Positions 63,301 to 64,000 of a stretch of DNA of 64,000 bases are shown one piece after another. Source of the DNA: Polypterus senegalus (lineage: Eukaryota). Below the pieces are notes generated by a model that saw only the letters and a program-made list of their open reading frames with translations, had not been told where the DNA came from and made no database searches. The stretch is taken from contig NC_053155.1 of NCBI RefSeq assembly GCF_016835505.1, positions 74,660,088 to 74,724,087 of the forward strand, given 5' to 3'. The first letter of the stretch is position 1. Each line of letters opens with the position of its first letter. The position numbers and the translations under genes are program-made.

Positions 63301-63850
63301 AATTAAATCTAATGTATGGTTATGATTATGAGTTGGACCTTTGACAATCTGACAAAATCCTACTGAATTTAACAAATAAGTAAAACATTTGCTAAAAGTG
63401 TCAGTTTCCACATCAATGTGTACATTAAAATCCCCATCAGAACTACGTGATCATAATTTATAGCCAAATCAGACAGAAGGTTGCTAAATTCAGTCATGAA
63501 CAATGAATATGGCCCTGGTGGTCTGTAGACTAGCACTATAATTGTGTTGGAATCTGTTTTAATATTTAAAATGAATGCCTCAAAGGATGTAAAGTTGCCT
63601 AAATTTTTAGGAGTGATTTGCATTTTGTTACAATGAATTATTCCAAGGCCTCCTCCTCGACCAGAATCTCTAGACTTATGAAGGAACAGTATCCATCTGG
63701 TGACGCCTCAGCTAGGGAACAGTGTCACATTTACTAAGCCAGGTTTCAGTAAGAAGACACAGATCAGATTTTGTACTTAATATATATCATTTACCAAAAC
63801 AGCTTTAGTGCCAAGAGAGCGAATGTTCAATAAACAGCATTTAAAACTGC
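60370..63850 (-). mobile_element. LINE family B, longer copy with APE and RT ORF2 fragmented by frameshifts; its 3' end at 60370 follows a (TACAA)n tract
   Basis: ORF 61340-62128 (-) reads MLLDLSAAFDTIDH...CPQGSVLGPLLFSLYMLPLG...HSYADDTQLY (RT). ORF 62280-62753 is the RT N-terminus. ORFs 63184-63411 and 63369-63623 are APE-like (...VISDHFLITFDL..., GGGLGII...VLVYRPP). The 5' limit is uncertain. Confidence 0.85.
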
Positions 63851-64000
63851 ATGGTTCTTTCTGAACTGCTGATATATTTTTGTTTTAATTTGAAATAAAT
63901 TTCTATTACAGATGCCCCTGGTGGAGTGTCTGGTTTTATCCCTTGGTCTAATTATACACCTTATTTTTTGGTTATCAATTAATTTATGGTTTGTATCAAG

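Overview
This window is vertebrate nuclear DNA. It is AT-rich and CpG-poor, with large introns and a load of Tc1/mariner, L2/CR1-clade LINE, SINE-like and LTR-retrotransposon fragments that looks fish-like. It is not a prokaryotic locus, so operon- or defence-island-style systems do not apply. On the + strand the window carries most of an orthologue of PARP4 (vault poly(ADP-ribose) polymerase). I could delimit 24 exons with canonical AG/GT boundaries and consistent codon phase. Their translations align colinearly with human PARP4, from the helical region upstream of the catalytic domain, through the PARP catalytic core, VIT and VWA domains, to the region just past the VWA domain. The gene continues beyond both ends of the window.

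The introns are packed with mobile elements. There are four Tc1/mariner copies from at least three families: one nested inside another repeat, and two of the same family in inverted orientation flanking three exons. There are several L2/CR1-clade LINE fragments, including a 5'-truncated CR1-like copy with an APE and RT ORF2 that is open except for frameshifts, and two same-orientation copies of another LINE family. There are Ty3/gypsy-like pol fragments, three + strand copies of a tRNA-related SINE-like repeat ending in (GGAT)n, and several microsatellites.

The most unusual object is a CpG-rich insertion of about 2.4 kb at 33.2-35.6 kb in a PARP4 intron. It contains a roughly 270-bp tandem-repeat array followed by an intron-less ORF that encodes a clear OTU-family cysteine-protease domain, interrupted by a single in-frame TAG. 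It resembles no standard TE class that I can recognise from sequence alone, and it is my main candidate for something previously undescribed. I had no tools, so all coordinates, boundaries and family assignments come from reading the sequence and the supplied ORF track.
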